The notes: a model not told the origin generated them from the sequence alone. 64,000 nt of DNA from Eledone cirrhosa (GCA_964016885.1 OZ024742.1:202616001-202680000), one strand, 5' to 3'; shown: positions 41,767-56,477, counted from the first letter of the stretch. Program-made: numbers and translations.

Positions 41767-43030
41767 AGTCAAACACGTGGGACAAACCATGCAATCAGAT
41801 ATCAGATAACTTGCGAAAGACGGACACATGGAGAAATCCTACTCGCCAACTCTCATTCGGGTGCTTTTGTACTTTCTGTTGCTTTAAAATATAGTAATAC
41901 TTCTCCCCTCACAATCTTTTCTATATTATATCTGGCTTCCACTCACTTCGTAGCTTTGCCTTTCTCTTTGTCGACCACAGGCGTCTGATTTCTGTCCTTT
42001 GAGGTATTCTACCCGACTTGCATTCTGTAATTGACGGCATTTAGCTGTTTTAACAGCTGCCTTTGCCTTGAGATGTCTAATTATTCCTGTAGTAGTACTC
42101 TTTCAAGTTTACCAATAGTTTCCAAGGAAAGAGACTTATTTAGAATGAAAACAAAAACTGCGACTTGACAAGCAAACAACGCTATAGATATGTTAGTTTG
42201 TTTGTTTGTTTGTGTTTTTTTTACGTATTGAACGACAAAACAAAACGGGATATGTACATTTCGATATTGGGCCAGAAAGCTCCTACAATAAAATGCTGGG
42301 AAAACGCAAGAGGAAGGTAACCGTATACACATAAGTTTGTATATATGTATGTGTCACCTCCTGCAGAAAATGTATAAACTCAACATCGGTAGATGAACCA
42401 TTAATTAACACATCAGAGACGGAAATAGAAATAGAAAGAGCAAGCGAAAGAGAGTGGTTGAACAAGATATACATTGATTGCGAGAGAATGTAATAGTAGC
42501 GTGGAGAAAATCTCTACCCAACGTAAAATCTGAAATAAACGCACTCATTAGGACAAACGGGCAGTGTCCGATAACCGTAATTAAACGATTGTCGCTGTAA
42601 AAACCTTCTCTACATCTAAGATACAACAGACACTGCCAACATCCCCTCTATATCAATTACCACCAAACTATCCCCTCTCTATATCTACCATGCAACACAC
42701 ACTCTCTCAATCCCCTCACTCTATCCATCACTACCAAACTCACACCCTCTCTATATCTACCATACAACACTCTCTTCCAATCCCCCTCTATATATCAATC
42801 ATCTCCAAAATATCCCCCTCTCTATATCTACCATACAACACTTTCTCTAATTCCCTCTCACTCTATCCCTCATCAACCATACAGCACTCTCTCCCAATGC
42901 CCCCTCTTAATCAATTAGCACCAAACTCTCCTTCTCTCTATATCTACTATTGGAAACTCTCTTCTTATTGTATCTATGTGTTCATACTTTTTATCTTGTA
43001 CTATATGTGTATGTGTGTGTGTGTGTGTGT

Positions 43031-43071
<41 letters not shown>

Positions 43072-43072
43072 T

Positions 43073-43135
<63 letters not shown>

Positions 43136-43303
43136 TGTGTGTGTGCATGGGTGTGTGCGTTTGTGTGTGTATACATATATGTCTTATGACCCTGTGACAA
43201 ACAGGCGAAAATATTCAACCTTAATAAAATGAATATTAAAACGCTACTTCTGTATTGAGTACTCCTTTCTCTCAGTCGTCAACCACATACGGATATATAT
43301 ATA

Positions 43304-44147
43304 CAGGTGTGTCAGAAAAGTTCCAGGACTGATGTAACAAAAGATTTATTTCAAACCCAAATTTCACACTAAGAGTTTTCTCCTTCAAAGTAATCCCCGT
43401 GGAGTCTAATGCACTTTTCAATCCTTTTCTGCCACGCGTGCATGCAGTCCTGGAAGGATTCTTCCGGGATCCTCCGCAGTTCCGTCGTCACAGCCTTTTT
43501 GATGTCGTCAACGTCTTCAAAACGGGTCCCATCCGGGTCGTACTCGAAGATCCATGACTCATCACCGGTGATGACTGTCCCTAGCAAGTCTGGTTCGGTT
43601 TCAAGACGCTCGAGGATGTCCTGGCACACTTGCATGCGTCGACCCTTCTGGTCATCGTTCAGCAGTTTTGGCACCATCTTCACGCAGACTTTCCCCATGT
43701 CCAAATCTTCAGTGAGAATCTTCCAGACACTGTCCCGATTCATGCCCAGCTCATTTGCCATCAGTCGAACAGTCAGCCGACGATCGCTACGCACCATCTG
43801 CCTGACGCGCTCAACGTTGACCTCAGTCCTGGAGTCACCTTGCACCCCTCAAAAACACATGAGCGTGACATCGTCTCATCTCCATACACTTGCTGCAGCA
43901 ATCCAAGTGTTCTGACGGAGTTTTCCCCAAACGTACCAGAAACTTCAAGTTTGTTCGTTGCTCTGTGCTCATTGCTTGAGGACCTGAAACAGAGGACATG
44001 TTATAAAGTTTGATCGCTGCAGAGAGCTAAGATTACAGTTACATACTCCAGGGGGATTACTTTGAAGGAGAAAAGTCTTAGTGTGAAGTTTGGGTTTGAA
44101 ATAAATCTTTTGTGACATCAGTCCTGGAACTTTTCTGACACACCTTG
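43304..44147 (-). mobile_element. Internally deleted mariner (Tc1/mariner) DNA transposon
   Basis: ~100-bp TIRs (caggtgtgtcagaaaagttccaggact..), TA flanks, transposase remnant DRRLTVR..VPKLL..ITGDESWIFEYDP fused to the C-terminal RFEDVDDIK..GDYFEG. Confidence 0.93.
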
Positions 44148-44172
<25 letters not shown>

Positions 44173-44181
<9 letters not shown>

Positions 44182-44603
44182 TAAACAAATAATGAACAAA
44201 CAATTCCTTATATTAAACAAAAAAAGTTCATTATTTAACGATCGTTTCTAGGATATATATGTGTTATAATTGGTATGCATATTCAACAGATCTATGTACA
44301 AAATTATACAAAATTATACAAATTATCAAGATTAAATATACATACCAAACACATATATACGCCGTCTTCAGAAATTATAACACATATATATCCTAGAAAC
44401 GATCGTTAAATAATGAACTTTTTTTGTTTAATATAAGGAATTGTTTGTTCATTATTTGTTTAATATTTTATCTTGACTCTGTATACCGTTTATCTTTCAC
44501 CGAAAGTCGTTTTTCATTGCATCTCTTCTTTCCATGATATCCGGAATACATTGAGTTCTTCATACGGATTGGACACTACCGTAAACTCTTGGTAGATTTA
44601 TCT

Positions 44604-44606
<3 letters not shown>
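44173..44606 (+). mobile_element. Fold-back PLE derivative (arms 44173-44271 / 44373-44471) with tail
   Basis: ~100-bp perfect inverted repeat, bulged stem-loop in the tail, flanked by (TA)n. Confidence 0.82.
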
Positions 44607-44637
<31 letters not shown>

Positions 44638-45013
44638 AGATCAAAAGATGGTTAAAGGAGTTCCATATATTTTATTATGCGCATTTCAAAAACAAACATC
44701 ATCATGCAATAATATTTGTGTTTTCATCAGATAAAACAGGAGAACATGATATGAAGGCTAAAAAACACTTGTGGATAGTGCAGTTTTAAATCAACATATG
44801 AAAAGTGGTTTTAGATTGATGTGTGATATTGGGAAAAATATTTTATTTAGAGAGGGGGGGGGTGAAAAGGGAAGGAGATGAGAGGGAGAGATGGGTGATA
44901 TAGAGAAAGAGATAGTTTTTATAACTGAGAGGAGATATATTTTTTACATAGAGAGGTTGAAAACCGTTGGAAGATACTGTATAAATTAAAAATTTTGAAA
45001 ATTAACGAAGGGA

Positions 45014-47002
45014 CCTTATCCTAAAGGAACTTAGGAAAAAGTATCGAAAAACCAACCATGAAAATTTAGAATGCATAAACCTTGAAGCCTATGAGATTAT
45101 GTCAAAACTTGGTATTGAAAAAAAGACCGAACCATTCCTCCCAAGAACTCCGAGGATAAATCTCAAGGATCACAAAAACAATTTTCGCACTGAACTACCT
45201 GTTAGATTAATCGCCCCCTCTAAATCTGATCTGGGGGTTGTTAATAAAGCCATCTTGGATAGGATTATCCCACAGGTTAGTTCTAATTGCTCTTCTTTGA
45301 ACCTAAATTTATGGTTTGGTACTTCTGAAGTGATTGGCTGGTTCAACAAATTGGATAATAAAAACAAACTAAAATTTATTCAATTTGATATTGCCAGCTA
45401 CTATTCCTCCATTTCGCCTTCACTTCTCAATAATGCTCTATCTTTCGCACTTAAATATTCTGACATCACCACAGATGAACTTCACATCATTCTCACCGCA
45501 CGTAAAACCATCCTAGAGTTCAACAACGAATATTGGACCAGAGCCGATACCTCTAACAACTTCGACATCACAATGGGAGCATCCGATTCATCCCAATTGA
45601 CTGATTTAATTGGTATCTTCATTTTGAACTCTTTGAGCCGGAAAATTCCTCAACTTCGCGGTGGAATTTATCGTGACGATGGACTCTTTACTATCCTAAA
45701 TTGCAATATAGTTAAACTTAATATTATTAAGAACAATATACGTAATCTCTTTAACCAACATAACCTAAAAATTGAATTTGATAATAGTATCAAACTAGCT
45801 AATTTCTTGGATGTATCTCTTAATCTTGACACTGGCCTATATTACCCTTACCATAAAAACAATGAGAACCTTAATTATGTTAACTTTAAATCTAACCATC
45901 CTACCAATATCAAGAATGCTATAGTTAATAATATTGGAAATAGAATATCTAACATATCTTCTAATAAAATATCTTTGATGCTAACGCCAATTACTATAAT
46001 AACGCACTTTCTAAAGCCGGCTATCCAGATAAAATCAAATATAATAAAGAAACAAATTCTAGAAAAACTTACAGTAGAATAATTAATCATGACCATTCCA
46101 ATAATTTTAATAAAAGACCTAGATACAAAAACATAATCTGGTATAATGCTCCTTTCTCCATCTCTATTAATAACAATATTCCTAAATTATTTTTTAGTGC
46201 CTTAAATAAATGCTTCCCTCCCTCACATATCTATAGTAAAATATTTAACAAACACACCATCAAATTTTCGTATTCTACATCCTCCAATATTTCCAACATC
46301 ATCTCTAAACACAACAATAAAATACTAAATACTAAATCTCTTCCTTCCAATATTGAATTTCATAATAACAGTAATAGTACTCCCGACGTCATTGTAAACC
46401 CTAGGCTAACTTCTGTAAACCCAAATACAACGTCAAACACAACTTCGCTAAATGTTCATAATCCAACTCTAAATCAATAAACTATTATTCCTATTATTCC
46501 TATCGCAAACAACTTCTCCAATCCAATTCCTTCTATAGATAACACTAGATCACTCATTAATAATCTCTCTAATTGCAACTGCCGCATTAAAAATAAATGT
46601 CCTCTCAACAACCATTGTCTCGATAAAAACTTAATTTATGAATGTAAAATTATAACTAGCACCAATTCCTTCACCTATTTTGGCTCCACTTCCACCTCTT
46701 TTAAAGCTCGTCTCTATAATCATCATTCATCTTTCAAATACAAACTTAAAAGAACTAACACTGCTCTCTCAGAACTCATATGGTCCTTAAAAGACAAAAA
46801 CATTAAATATACCATCTTTTGGAAGAAGATTTCTTCTGCATCCTCATACTTGAACAGCTCTCTATCTAAAATCTGTAATCTCTGCCTAAATGAAAAATTT
46901 ACCATTATCTCTAACCTAGACTCTATAATAAATAGACGCACAGATTTGTTTTCTATCTGCCTGCATAAATTCCATAGAACTTTTCACAAAGTATACAGTT
47001 AA
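45014..47002 (+). pseudogene. PLE RT plus GIY-YIG with a frameshift at ~45972
   Basis: LKDHK..PVRLI, FDIASYYSSI, FDITMGA, IYRDDGL, NFLDV. Second frame 45974-47002: WYNAPFS, CNC..CPLNNHC..LIYEC..YFGST, CNLCLNE. Confidence 0.92.
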
Positions 47003-48014
47003 TATTCAATTCTTTATCAATTTAGAATCTTTTCTCAAAGGCACATATACATACACCTCTTTAAAATATACCCATCTACATTACTTTAAAGGGCATTATA
47101 CACTCTATAATACTTGTTTACTCATTACCCTCATTCTATCTTCTCCTTGTAAAATCATAACATTTGTTTTGACATTAGAATATTCATCCGCAATCATTAT
47201 TATTTTTTCTCTCTATCATAAATCTTTTTAATCTCATTTTCATCCTTAATTTATTATTATTTTTTTCTCCCCATCAACGAACTCATTATTAATACATATT
47301 AACTCTTTATTCGCATATATTATCAATTCAATCAATATACAAACTTTAACTTCACATTATTTTTCTCAAATCCTTCTACACACAAACGTTAATAATTTTT
47401 CTCTTCGTTAATTTTGAAATTGCCACAATACATACATTTCTTTTTTTGACGTTAGAATATTCACCCACAACTATTATTTTTTTCTCTCTATCTTCATACA
47501 TAATTTCCCTTCGTTAATTTTCAAATTCCTTTAATTTATACATTATCTTCCAACGGTTCCCAACCTCTCTATATTAAAACAATATATCTTTTTCTCAGTT
47601 ATAAAAACTATCTCTTTCTCTCTATCACCCATCTCTCCCTCTCCACCTTCACTCTCATCTCCTCCCCCCCCCTTTTTTTTCATCCTTTCCACCACCCCTC
47701 CCTAAATAAAATATTTTTTCCTCGCACATATCCTCCCTTCGTTAATTTTCAAAATTTTTAATTTATACAGTATCTTCCAACGGTTTTCAACCCCTCTATG
47801 TAAAAAATATATCTCCTCTCAGTTATAAAAACTATCTATTTCTCTCTATCACCCATCTCTCCCTCTCATCTCCTTCCCTTTTCATCCTTCCCCCCCCTCT
47901 CTAAATAAAATATTTTTCCCAATATCACACATCAATCTAAAACCACTTTTCATATGTTGATTTAAAACTGCACTATCCACAAGTGTTTTTTAGCCTTCAT
48001 ATCATGTTCTCCTG

Positions 48015-48081
48015 TTTTATCTGATGAAAACACAAATATTATTGCATGATGATGTTTGTTTTTGAAATGCGCATAATAAAA
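48015..48081 (+). ncRNA. Hammerhead ribozyme (inverted copy 44670-44736, minus strand)
   Basis: ttttat-CTGATGA-aaacacaaat..gtttgttttt-GAAA-tgcgca-TA-ataaaa. Confidence 0.8.
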
Positions 48082-48212
48082 TATATGGAACTCCTTTAAC
48101 CATCTTTTGATCTTATATTATGCATACTCCAGTCCTACAAACTGTAGAGTGCTTCTTATCCGATATCTGCATTGCTTTATTGTACTACAATAAAACTCAC
48201 CTCCTACATATA

Positions 48213-48261
<49 letters not shown>

Positions 48262-48267
<6 letters not shown>

Positions 48268-49285
48268 CAGATTAAAATAACAGATTATAAAGTTTAAGCA
48301 AAGAATCGCTGCTTTCACCCTTAACGGGATCTTCTGAAACTAACAAAGTCACTCTGTAAACGCAGAAGTGGATATTTCAAAAAACTTTGCAACCTGAGTA
48401 AGACAGGAAGACGATACTTTGGTTCGTGGAAACGTTCCCTGGCAAAGAAGGGGAAAAACGAATATAATACGTCATTAATTGGAGCGGTGAAAAACAATTA
48501 CACGCAAAGACAGAACCACGTTTAAGGTATAAAAGAAGTCGTAGACTAATGTTCTCTTAGATGGTTCATAGAGACGTTCTCTGGCAATGAACGGAAAAAA
48601 CGAAGATAATACGTCATATGTGGAGCACACAAAGACAAAACCACGTAAATGGTATAGCTGAAGTCCTAGACTAAAATTCTAACTAGGAAACCAAATGATT
48701 CTCCGCTTCAGAGTTACGAATAAAGTAAATAAAATACAGAGGTAATTGAAATTAAATAAATACATACACGCAACTAAATACGTACATACACAAGCATACG
48801 CGAAAACAGTATACAAACCACGTACATATAAATATGTGTGTGTGTGTGCGTGTATACAAATAAATAAATAATTAAATAAACGTATATAAATAAATAAATA
48901 CGTATATAACAAGCGCACACTCATACCTACATGTAAATACACAAATGTTCGGAGACGTACGTCAACCAAAACCGCTCCAATTAATGACGTATTATATTCG
49001 TTTTTTCCCGTTCTTTGCCAGCGAACGTTTCCACGAACCAAAGTATCGTCTTCCTGTCTTCCTCTGGTTGCAACGTTTTTTGAAATATCCACTTCTGCGT
49101 TTACAGATTGACTTTGTTAGTTTCAGAAGATCCCGTTAAGGGTGAAAGCAGCGATTCTTTGCTTAAACATTAATCTGTTATTTTAATAAATATTTGCTCT
49201 ACGGTTCTTATATATTTGATATATATTTATCCTTATCGAGCCCTCTTTGGATTTTAGTCTTCAAATTTATTATTATTACTATATA
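48262..49285 (+). mobile_element. Family B fold-back insertion with tail
   Basis: 48275-48490 is the reverse complement of 48970-49187. Tail 49188-49280. Confidence 0.82.
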
Positions 49286-49339
49286 TATATAGTAATGCAC
49301 TGGGTAATTTGCTGGCCTTGTGCCTAAAGTAGAAACAAT

Positions 49340-49401
<62 letters not shown>

Positions 49402-50666
49402 ATAATATATATATTTTAATAAATATATATATATTTATTTTAATAAATATATTTATTTTAATAAGTTTCTCTCTCTTAATGTCATGTTGAATAACCATAT
49501 GTATTATAGTAAGGCCACACGTGTCTGTGGAATGATGAACAACTCGTACATTCATTTCACGAAATGACCATGCCATTGACTGAACAACTGAATTATTTAT
49601 TATCGAAAACAAGGGACATTCATCCACCTTTTTACTTCTATCACTATTGCTGCTGCCAATATTTAAGTTGATGTACACTGAGTAAACGGCCCTCGATATG
49701 GCTGTGCCTGCATTACAAAAGGCAGACCTGTCAACTTCTTAAAACCTAAATAGGGAGTACCATGGAAAACAGTGCCCCAAAATGGGAAGAAATGAGTCAA
49801 AATAGGGAGATTTTACATAATGAAAGCTATACCCATTTTCACAAGAGAAGACATCTCTCACCCACCCAAAAGTGGGTGGGAGATCTCCCCGTCGGACGGG
49901 AGAGAGTTGACAGATCTGAAAATGTCAGCTTCTTTCGCAATCTGTGTCACGCATAATCTCCAGTGCTAACATTGTGAGATAGGCAGGCATCAGAATGGCG
50001 AATTACTGAACCTTGAAGTATTACAGTTTATTTTACAAATTTATAAAAATAAATTAATTATATATTAATTTCCTCTGATTAATAAATATATCTCTAGACA
50101 TTTTTGCCAAGTAGCAGCCTTTTGAAAATATCCAAAGCAACGAAGTGGGCCGTATGGTACTATGATATGTAAAATGATTTAGTGTAGGTGAGTGTGGCAT
50201 GTATAGAAGAAAATACATGCTTGGTAATTTTCTTATTGTGATACAAGCATGTCAAATCGTAAGTTGAATTAATTTCATTCGAGTGAATGCGGTGCCGTTG
50301 TATGGCTAGAATGCAACGTTAAATATACAGTCACCATCTCTGGTTGAGGGTATGATATTACATAGACCAAATAACTGGACAAATCATCGACGTAACCATC
50401 CGATATCTAGTTATCTTATTGTCCATGTGGCTGCTATAACTATAAGTAATACTGAGTTTGATGCTCCAACTACTACTACTAATGTTGCTGTTGTTACTTT
50501 CTTGAAAGTCGGCGTGAATATTAGTAGACATGTCATTATTTCAGATGTTGTTACAGTTGAAATAGTATATTTTACAGTCTTTAAAGTGAAAATAATGGAG
50601 AGCCTTTCTTCATCGTAATATACACACTCTTACACACACATGCACACACACAGACACACACAGACA

Positions 50667-50770
<104 letters not shown>

Positions 50771-50832
50771 TTAACGAGGTATCTTTTAAGACAGTCGAAG
50801 TAGAGGTTATGCATATATATACACACATATAT

Positions 50833-50900
<68 letters not shown>

Positions 50901-51289
50901 ATATTTATGTATGTGTGTGTGTGTGTATGCATGAGTTGGGGCTGTATGCATATGTATGCACCTATAAATATATCTATACATTTTCTGTATCTATATATCA
51001 GTTTACCTATTTGCCTGCGTATAGCAGTATGATTAAATTATGTGAAAATGGTGTGTACGCAGTTTATCTGACCAACATTGAAGTCACTTAACACACTTAA
51101 ATTCGGCCAATGGTAATATGATACGGTCAAACAGTTTTAAGTAGGTTTTTATTTGTTTCTTTTTCTTAATGGAAAGAAACCTCATTCATGGAAATACATA
51201 AAGTAGAAAGAAAAACACACAAAAAAAGAAAAAAAGAAATAACGAAAATAAGGGAAATGGATGGGCACAGCAGACACTATACCCCAGTG

Positions 51290-51620
51290 AAGGCGGTATC
51301 TTGTTGCTGCGCCCTGCGGACAAGATGGCGAAGGCATAGACGTGGAGAACTGCCAGAGAGACCACCTAATATGTAAGCCACTCTGGTTCACTGGGCTCTT
51401 TCCACAGCTAAGATACACTCCTTTCGATTTTGCAGAGGAAAATGGCAGTTCGGATACCAAGAATGCCACAGGTCTCAACGACGACAGTAATGGAAAGGAA
51501 GCGGTCTGTTAAGTCCTGGTATTTTGTTATTGTCCTCTCCACTGCATTACAGGAGGCGGTGTCCGAATTTGTGGCCGAAACGAAAAGGCTGGAGGCGGAG
51601 AACATGTCGCCGCAAGTATT
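51290..51620 (-). pseudogene. Degenerate C-terminus of a non-LTR retrotransposon with restriction-like endonuclease (CRE/NeSL-like)
   Basis: Translation ..ERTITKYQDLTDRFLSITVVVETCGILG..FL..I resembles the K..KY..L..P...ET.G signature of RLE domains. Confidence 0.62.
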
Positions 51621-52721
51621 TAATGTTTGCCTACGAAATACATATATTTCCCTTTCTTTATATTTTATATTAAACCTAATTTTACCATACTACATTCCAG
51701 GCTCTAAATTATCGATCATTTCTGCGGTCTTTTTGCATAGTTTTAAATAATTCCTATTTACATTTAAAGCGTTGAATTGGCAGAATTCTTAAAACGTCGG
51801 ATAGAATGCTTCGTGATATTCGTTCCGGCTCTCAACTCACTGAATTGAAATCCTGCCGAGGCCAAATTTGTCTTTCATCCTTTTAAGGTCGATAAAAAAA
51901 GTACCAGTCTCGTACAGGGGTCGATTCTTCCTTCTATATCTCTTTCTCACACCAACTTTCTCATTTTCTATCCTCCTCTGAAATAAATCTGCTGTACCCA
52001 GGCCTGAAGAGGAATGGACTCCACCAGGATTAAAATACCCAACAAACACGATACGATTGTGTCAATACGGCGCACAGACAACTTCTTCTGAGGTCACGAA
52101 ACCATACCACCTCTTATATTTTAATTAATTTTACATATATATTTATATATATATATATCAAAGAAATTTTCCACATGATGTGTCCATTTAAAACGATCAT
52201 AAAATAATGGATTAGTAGCAACAGAAAGTAATATATATATATGTGTGTGTGTGTATGTATATATATATATGTGTGTATGTATATATATATATATATATAT
52301 ATAGCCACAGACCCACAGCTAGAGAGTCCGAGGCGAATGGGGCTTCAGCCCAGCAATGCCTTCTACATACTAACTTCTAACAAAACGAGAAACTAAATTA
52401 TTCTGCTGGGTGCGAGGGAGTTGAACTCTAAAAGGTATGTGCCATTTAGAATTAGCAGTTTTATAATTATGTAACCATCAATTGTACCATTCAGCCACCG
52501 AGACTGTTAGACAATGTGAACATTTTAAAAAGTTATATTGTAAATATTAACCCTTGGAATCTTTATAGTCTTACCTACTTTACACTTACATATGGGTTTG
52601 CGTAAATATTTAACATCGTTGGATCCGTATTCGATTATTCTATCAATTATTAACGACTAATATTTACTTTCATTTATTTAATTATTTTCATGTTTATCTC
52701 TACAAATAATTAATCCCCACC

Positions 52722-52825
<104 letters not shown>

Positions 52826-53530
52826 CCGAATATATATATATACATCATCTCCTTCCCCCTTGCATTTTAGCCATATTTTGCAACTCAAAGCCAGTTTCCT
52901 TGAAAACGTCTTGAAAGCAACCAGAAGAAAATGTAGCAACCAGAAGAAAATCAAAATATAACTCTACCTCCAATATACATAATATAGCGAACACATTTTT
53001 TCATAGATAATCGAAATACAATGGGTAAGGTAAATAAGCCTAGTTTCTAATAATGGAAATACTGAAAAATGTATCACCCCCGCCATATCCTCTCAACACC
53101 ACATTGCATAATGGCACTTAATAGATCCTGAAGTTCAAATATTGCTCGGGTCTCCCTATCATCCTTCAAGGGTTGACAAAATAAACTACCAGTTTTTAAA
53201 ACTCATATTCCAAACATTCATCTCTAAAACCTTTGTCGTCTTTCCTGCTTTATGGATTTCATTAAAAAGAGAGTTGGACGCCATGCTTTCCAGCATAGTT
53301 ACGTCCCTTTACGGTCTGAGTTCAAATCCCGCCGAGGTTTACTTTGCCTTTAATCCTTACGGGGTCGATAAAATGAAGTACCAGTAATGCACTGGGTAAT
53401 TGCTGGCCTTGTGCCTAAAGTAGAAACAATTAAATATCTATACAATATCCTTCCATACCGGCTTCGTTTATTCTATCATTTGTCAGACAATACTTTTAGT
53501 ATTATTTATTTTCATATTTCCCCTACTGAC

Positions 53531-53578
<48 letters not shown>

Positions 53579-53617
53579 ATGTGTGTATGGGTGTATGGGT
53601 GTATGTGTGTGTGTTTA

Positions 53618-54045
53618 ATTATATGAGTATAAAAAAAGTGTCTCAGCGCAGAAATACAATAAAGATAGCTTATAAAATCGGATGAAAACCCTTAAACGAA
53701 GGAAAAATAATTTGCCAACGACCGCTATGAGGAATTGAACCCCATATTTTCCAGATAGGCTATATTATATCTGGAAGATATGGGGTTCAAGTCCTCACAG
53801 CAGTCGTTGGTAAATTATTTTTCCATCTTTTAAGGGTGTTCACCCTATTTTTTAAGCTAACTTTACAGTATTCTGCACTTAAACACTTTCTTTATACTCA
53901 TATAATTTCATATATTCTCATCGCTTCAAAAGCCGAACATTCTGCTTCGTACATCATCTTCACCATTGCAGTCGTTACATAATGGAGTTACAAATGAAAA
54001 CAAATGATTGTATTGAAAAGATGATGGGACATCCACCTATATAAT
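53618..54045 (+). mobile_element. Diverged fold-back element (arms ~53618-53757 / 53766-53906) with a tRNA T-arm-like segment and tail
   Basis: Inverted repeat. B-box-like ggggttcaagtcctc at ~53782-53796. Confidence 0.7.
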
Positions 54046-54085
54046 CTAGTCAACGTCCGCCAAGGACACACAAGCGAGAATCAAT

Positions 54086-54365
54086 AGGTATGTATGTATG
54101 TATGTATGTATGTATGTATGTATGTATGTATGTATGTATGTATGTATGTATGTATGTATGTATGTATGTCGGGTCACTCTTGAGTGCTACTGGTAGCATG
54201 TAACTCAGTACAGCCTGTCGCATGGTCGGGTCGTCGGCGTCTAAACCAGCAACCCCATCAAGTTTACTTGGTGAGGAGGGTGATTTTTGGACACCCTGCA
54301 GAACAAAAAAAACAAAACCTGACAAAGGGCGAAAGAACTCATAAGAGTCAACGGCCATCCAAAAG
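54086..54365 (-). mobile_element. Retroposon 3' end with (CATA)n tail
   Basis: Minus strand ends ..gagtgacccgac(ATAC)n, resembling the LINE end ttgacccgcc at 36781. Confidence 0.45.
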
Positions 54366-54401
54366 TGTGTAAATATGTATATACACATGTACATATGTAT
54401 G

Positions 54402-54461
<60 letters not shown>

Positions 54462-54922
54462 TGTGTGCGTGTGTATGTATATGCGCAGGAACATAGAAAT
54501 AGTCATGCTGGATACCCGATCGTGCGGTTAATCCACTGGGAGTGAAGGACCCCTAACCTTTGTCTGGGCATTCTTCTAGGAGAAGGCAACTCAGGAAACT
54601 AGGATAACTCCGACATAAAACCTGCGGCTCAGTAGTTACCGATGATGTTGATCTTTTCTTCTTTTCGGGTTATAGCTACTGTCGCTCAGAGAGTGGGATT
54701 GGCTCAGTGCACAGTCTTTCCTCACTTTAAAAAAAATGTTCACGCACAGGCATTGCACGATAGAATTAATTAATAATTATTAATAATGTTATATCGTGCA
54801 ATGGCCATACTTGATAACGAGGGGGCAGCCATCATGTATGTATATATGTGTGTGTGTATGTATATATGTTCGTATGTTAGTTTGTATGAATGTATGAATG
54901 TATGTACGTAACTATACATAAA

Positions 54923-54974
<52 letters not shown>

Positions 54975-54995
54975 AGTGTGTGAGTGTGTGTGTGA

Positions 54996-55082
<87 letters not shown>

Positions 55083-55492
55083 AAAGCATCGAACGCATGA
55101 AAATAGCTGTGAACACACCTTTAGAAAACACCCGATATTCTAATATAGTAATTTGGATGGCACCTGTATCTGTACGCTATGCTTTTACATGAATAGGATA
55201 TTCGGTTTTAAAATTTCATATTAATGCCAAAATGTCTATTGTTGGTGTAATATGCAGAGTGTTTATATAAAGAAAGAACGACAAAGTTTCAGGTTTACAT
55301 GTTGTATGCGTAATCACGCCTATCACGCAATCTGATTCTTTACACAGAGATGAACATATTCCGATTCGTATCGCCACTGCGTCTGATGAGAAAATCGATC
55401 CCAGAATCAAAGCTTATTATAATGGATATAACACACATAACACAAGATTACGAATAAATTATATTAAACTGAAGCTTCAATTTCTATTTCTC

Positions 55493-55526
<34 letters not shown>

Positions 55527-55530
55527 ATAT

Positions 55531-56438
55531 AAAATACAATATGTTGAAAAGGTAACACACTAGGGAGAGGTAATGTGCCATCAATAAAACAGGGAAAACC
55601 ACCAGTGTATGGAATCTATAATCTATGAAAGGCAGGGTAGACACACAATAATTAAAAATAAGAATTCAAATGTATATACGCACCACTATAACTATGTAAC
55701 ACACGCGTACAAATCAAAAGAGTTTTGTTTCACCAGGAAGTTGTTGACTGAAATGGAATAGCCTATGGTTCATCAGCGCGTGCAAGACTATATATTCCAG
55801 ACAACTCTAAGAGAATCTAAAGCGACCGTCCAGTTACACGCGGCAGAGAGATGTCACAGCGTGTTTAGGGCAGTGAACCAGTGGTATCTGAGGGACGAGC
55901 TGCTAGAAAGGGCAGCCCAAAAGCCACTTATAACAGTCTTTCCTCTCTCTCTGTTTGGTTGAACACATTTCTTTGAGTGGTTTTGGGGCTGCTCTTTCTA
56001 GCAGTTCGTCCCTCAGATACCACTGGTTCACTGCCCTAAACACGCTGTGACATCTCTCTGCCGCGTGTAGCTGGACGGTCGCTTTAGATTATCTTAGAGT
56101 TGTCTGCACGTGCTGATGGACCATAGGCTATTCCATTTCAGTCAACAATTTCCTTGCGAAACAAATCTCTTTTGATTTGTACGCGTGTGTTACATAGTTA
56201 TAGAGGTGCGTATATACATTTTAATTTATATTTTTAATTATTGTGTCTACCCTGCCTTCCATAGATTATAGATTCCATACACTGGTGGTTTTCCCTGTTT
56301 TATTGATGGCGCACTATCTCTCTCTAGTGTGTTATTTTTTCAAGATATTGTATTTTAAAGAGCTCAGGATTCCTTTTCCTTTGAACACATTATTGACAGG
56401 GAATAACGAGAGTTTCTGGCTCCGTTAATTTATCGTGA
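55531..56438 (+). mobile_element. Fold-back element (arms ~55531-55925 / 55978-56356) with tail
   Basis: ~390-bp inverted repeat between (TA)n tracts, with hammerheads in the arms. Confidence 0.88.
55701..55783 (-). ncRNA. Full three-stem hammerhead ribozyme (other arm 56106-56188 has CTGATGG)
   Basis: gcacgcg-CTGATGA-acca..tggt-GAAA-caaa..tttg-TA-cgcgtgt. Confidence 0.88.
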
Positions 56439-56477
56439 TATATATATATATATATATATGGTGTGTGTGGGGGGGGG

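Larger units (their letters stand above)
44633..48206 (+). mobile_element. 5'-truncated PLE with inverted pLTR 44633-45013, pLTR 47734-48117 and tail
   Basis: ~380-bp inverted repeat, RT and GIY-YIG coding region between the arms, (TA)n on both sides. Confidence 0.93.

Noticed and set aside
42283-42474. Possible host exon (..GSSTDVEFIHFLQE followed by GT) on the minus strand
   Set aside because: No convincing acceptor, recognisable domain or neighbouring exons. Cannot be supported without RNA data.
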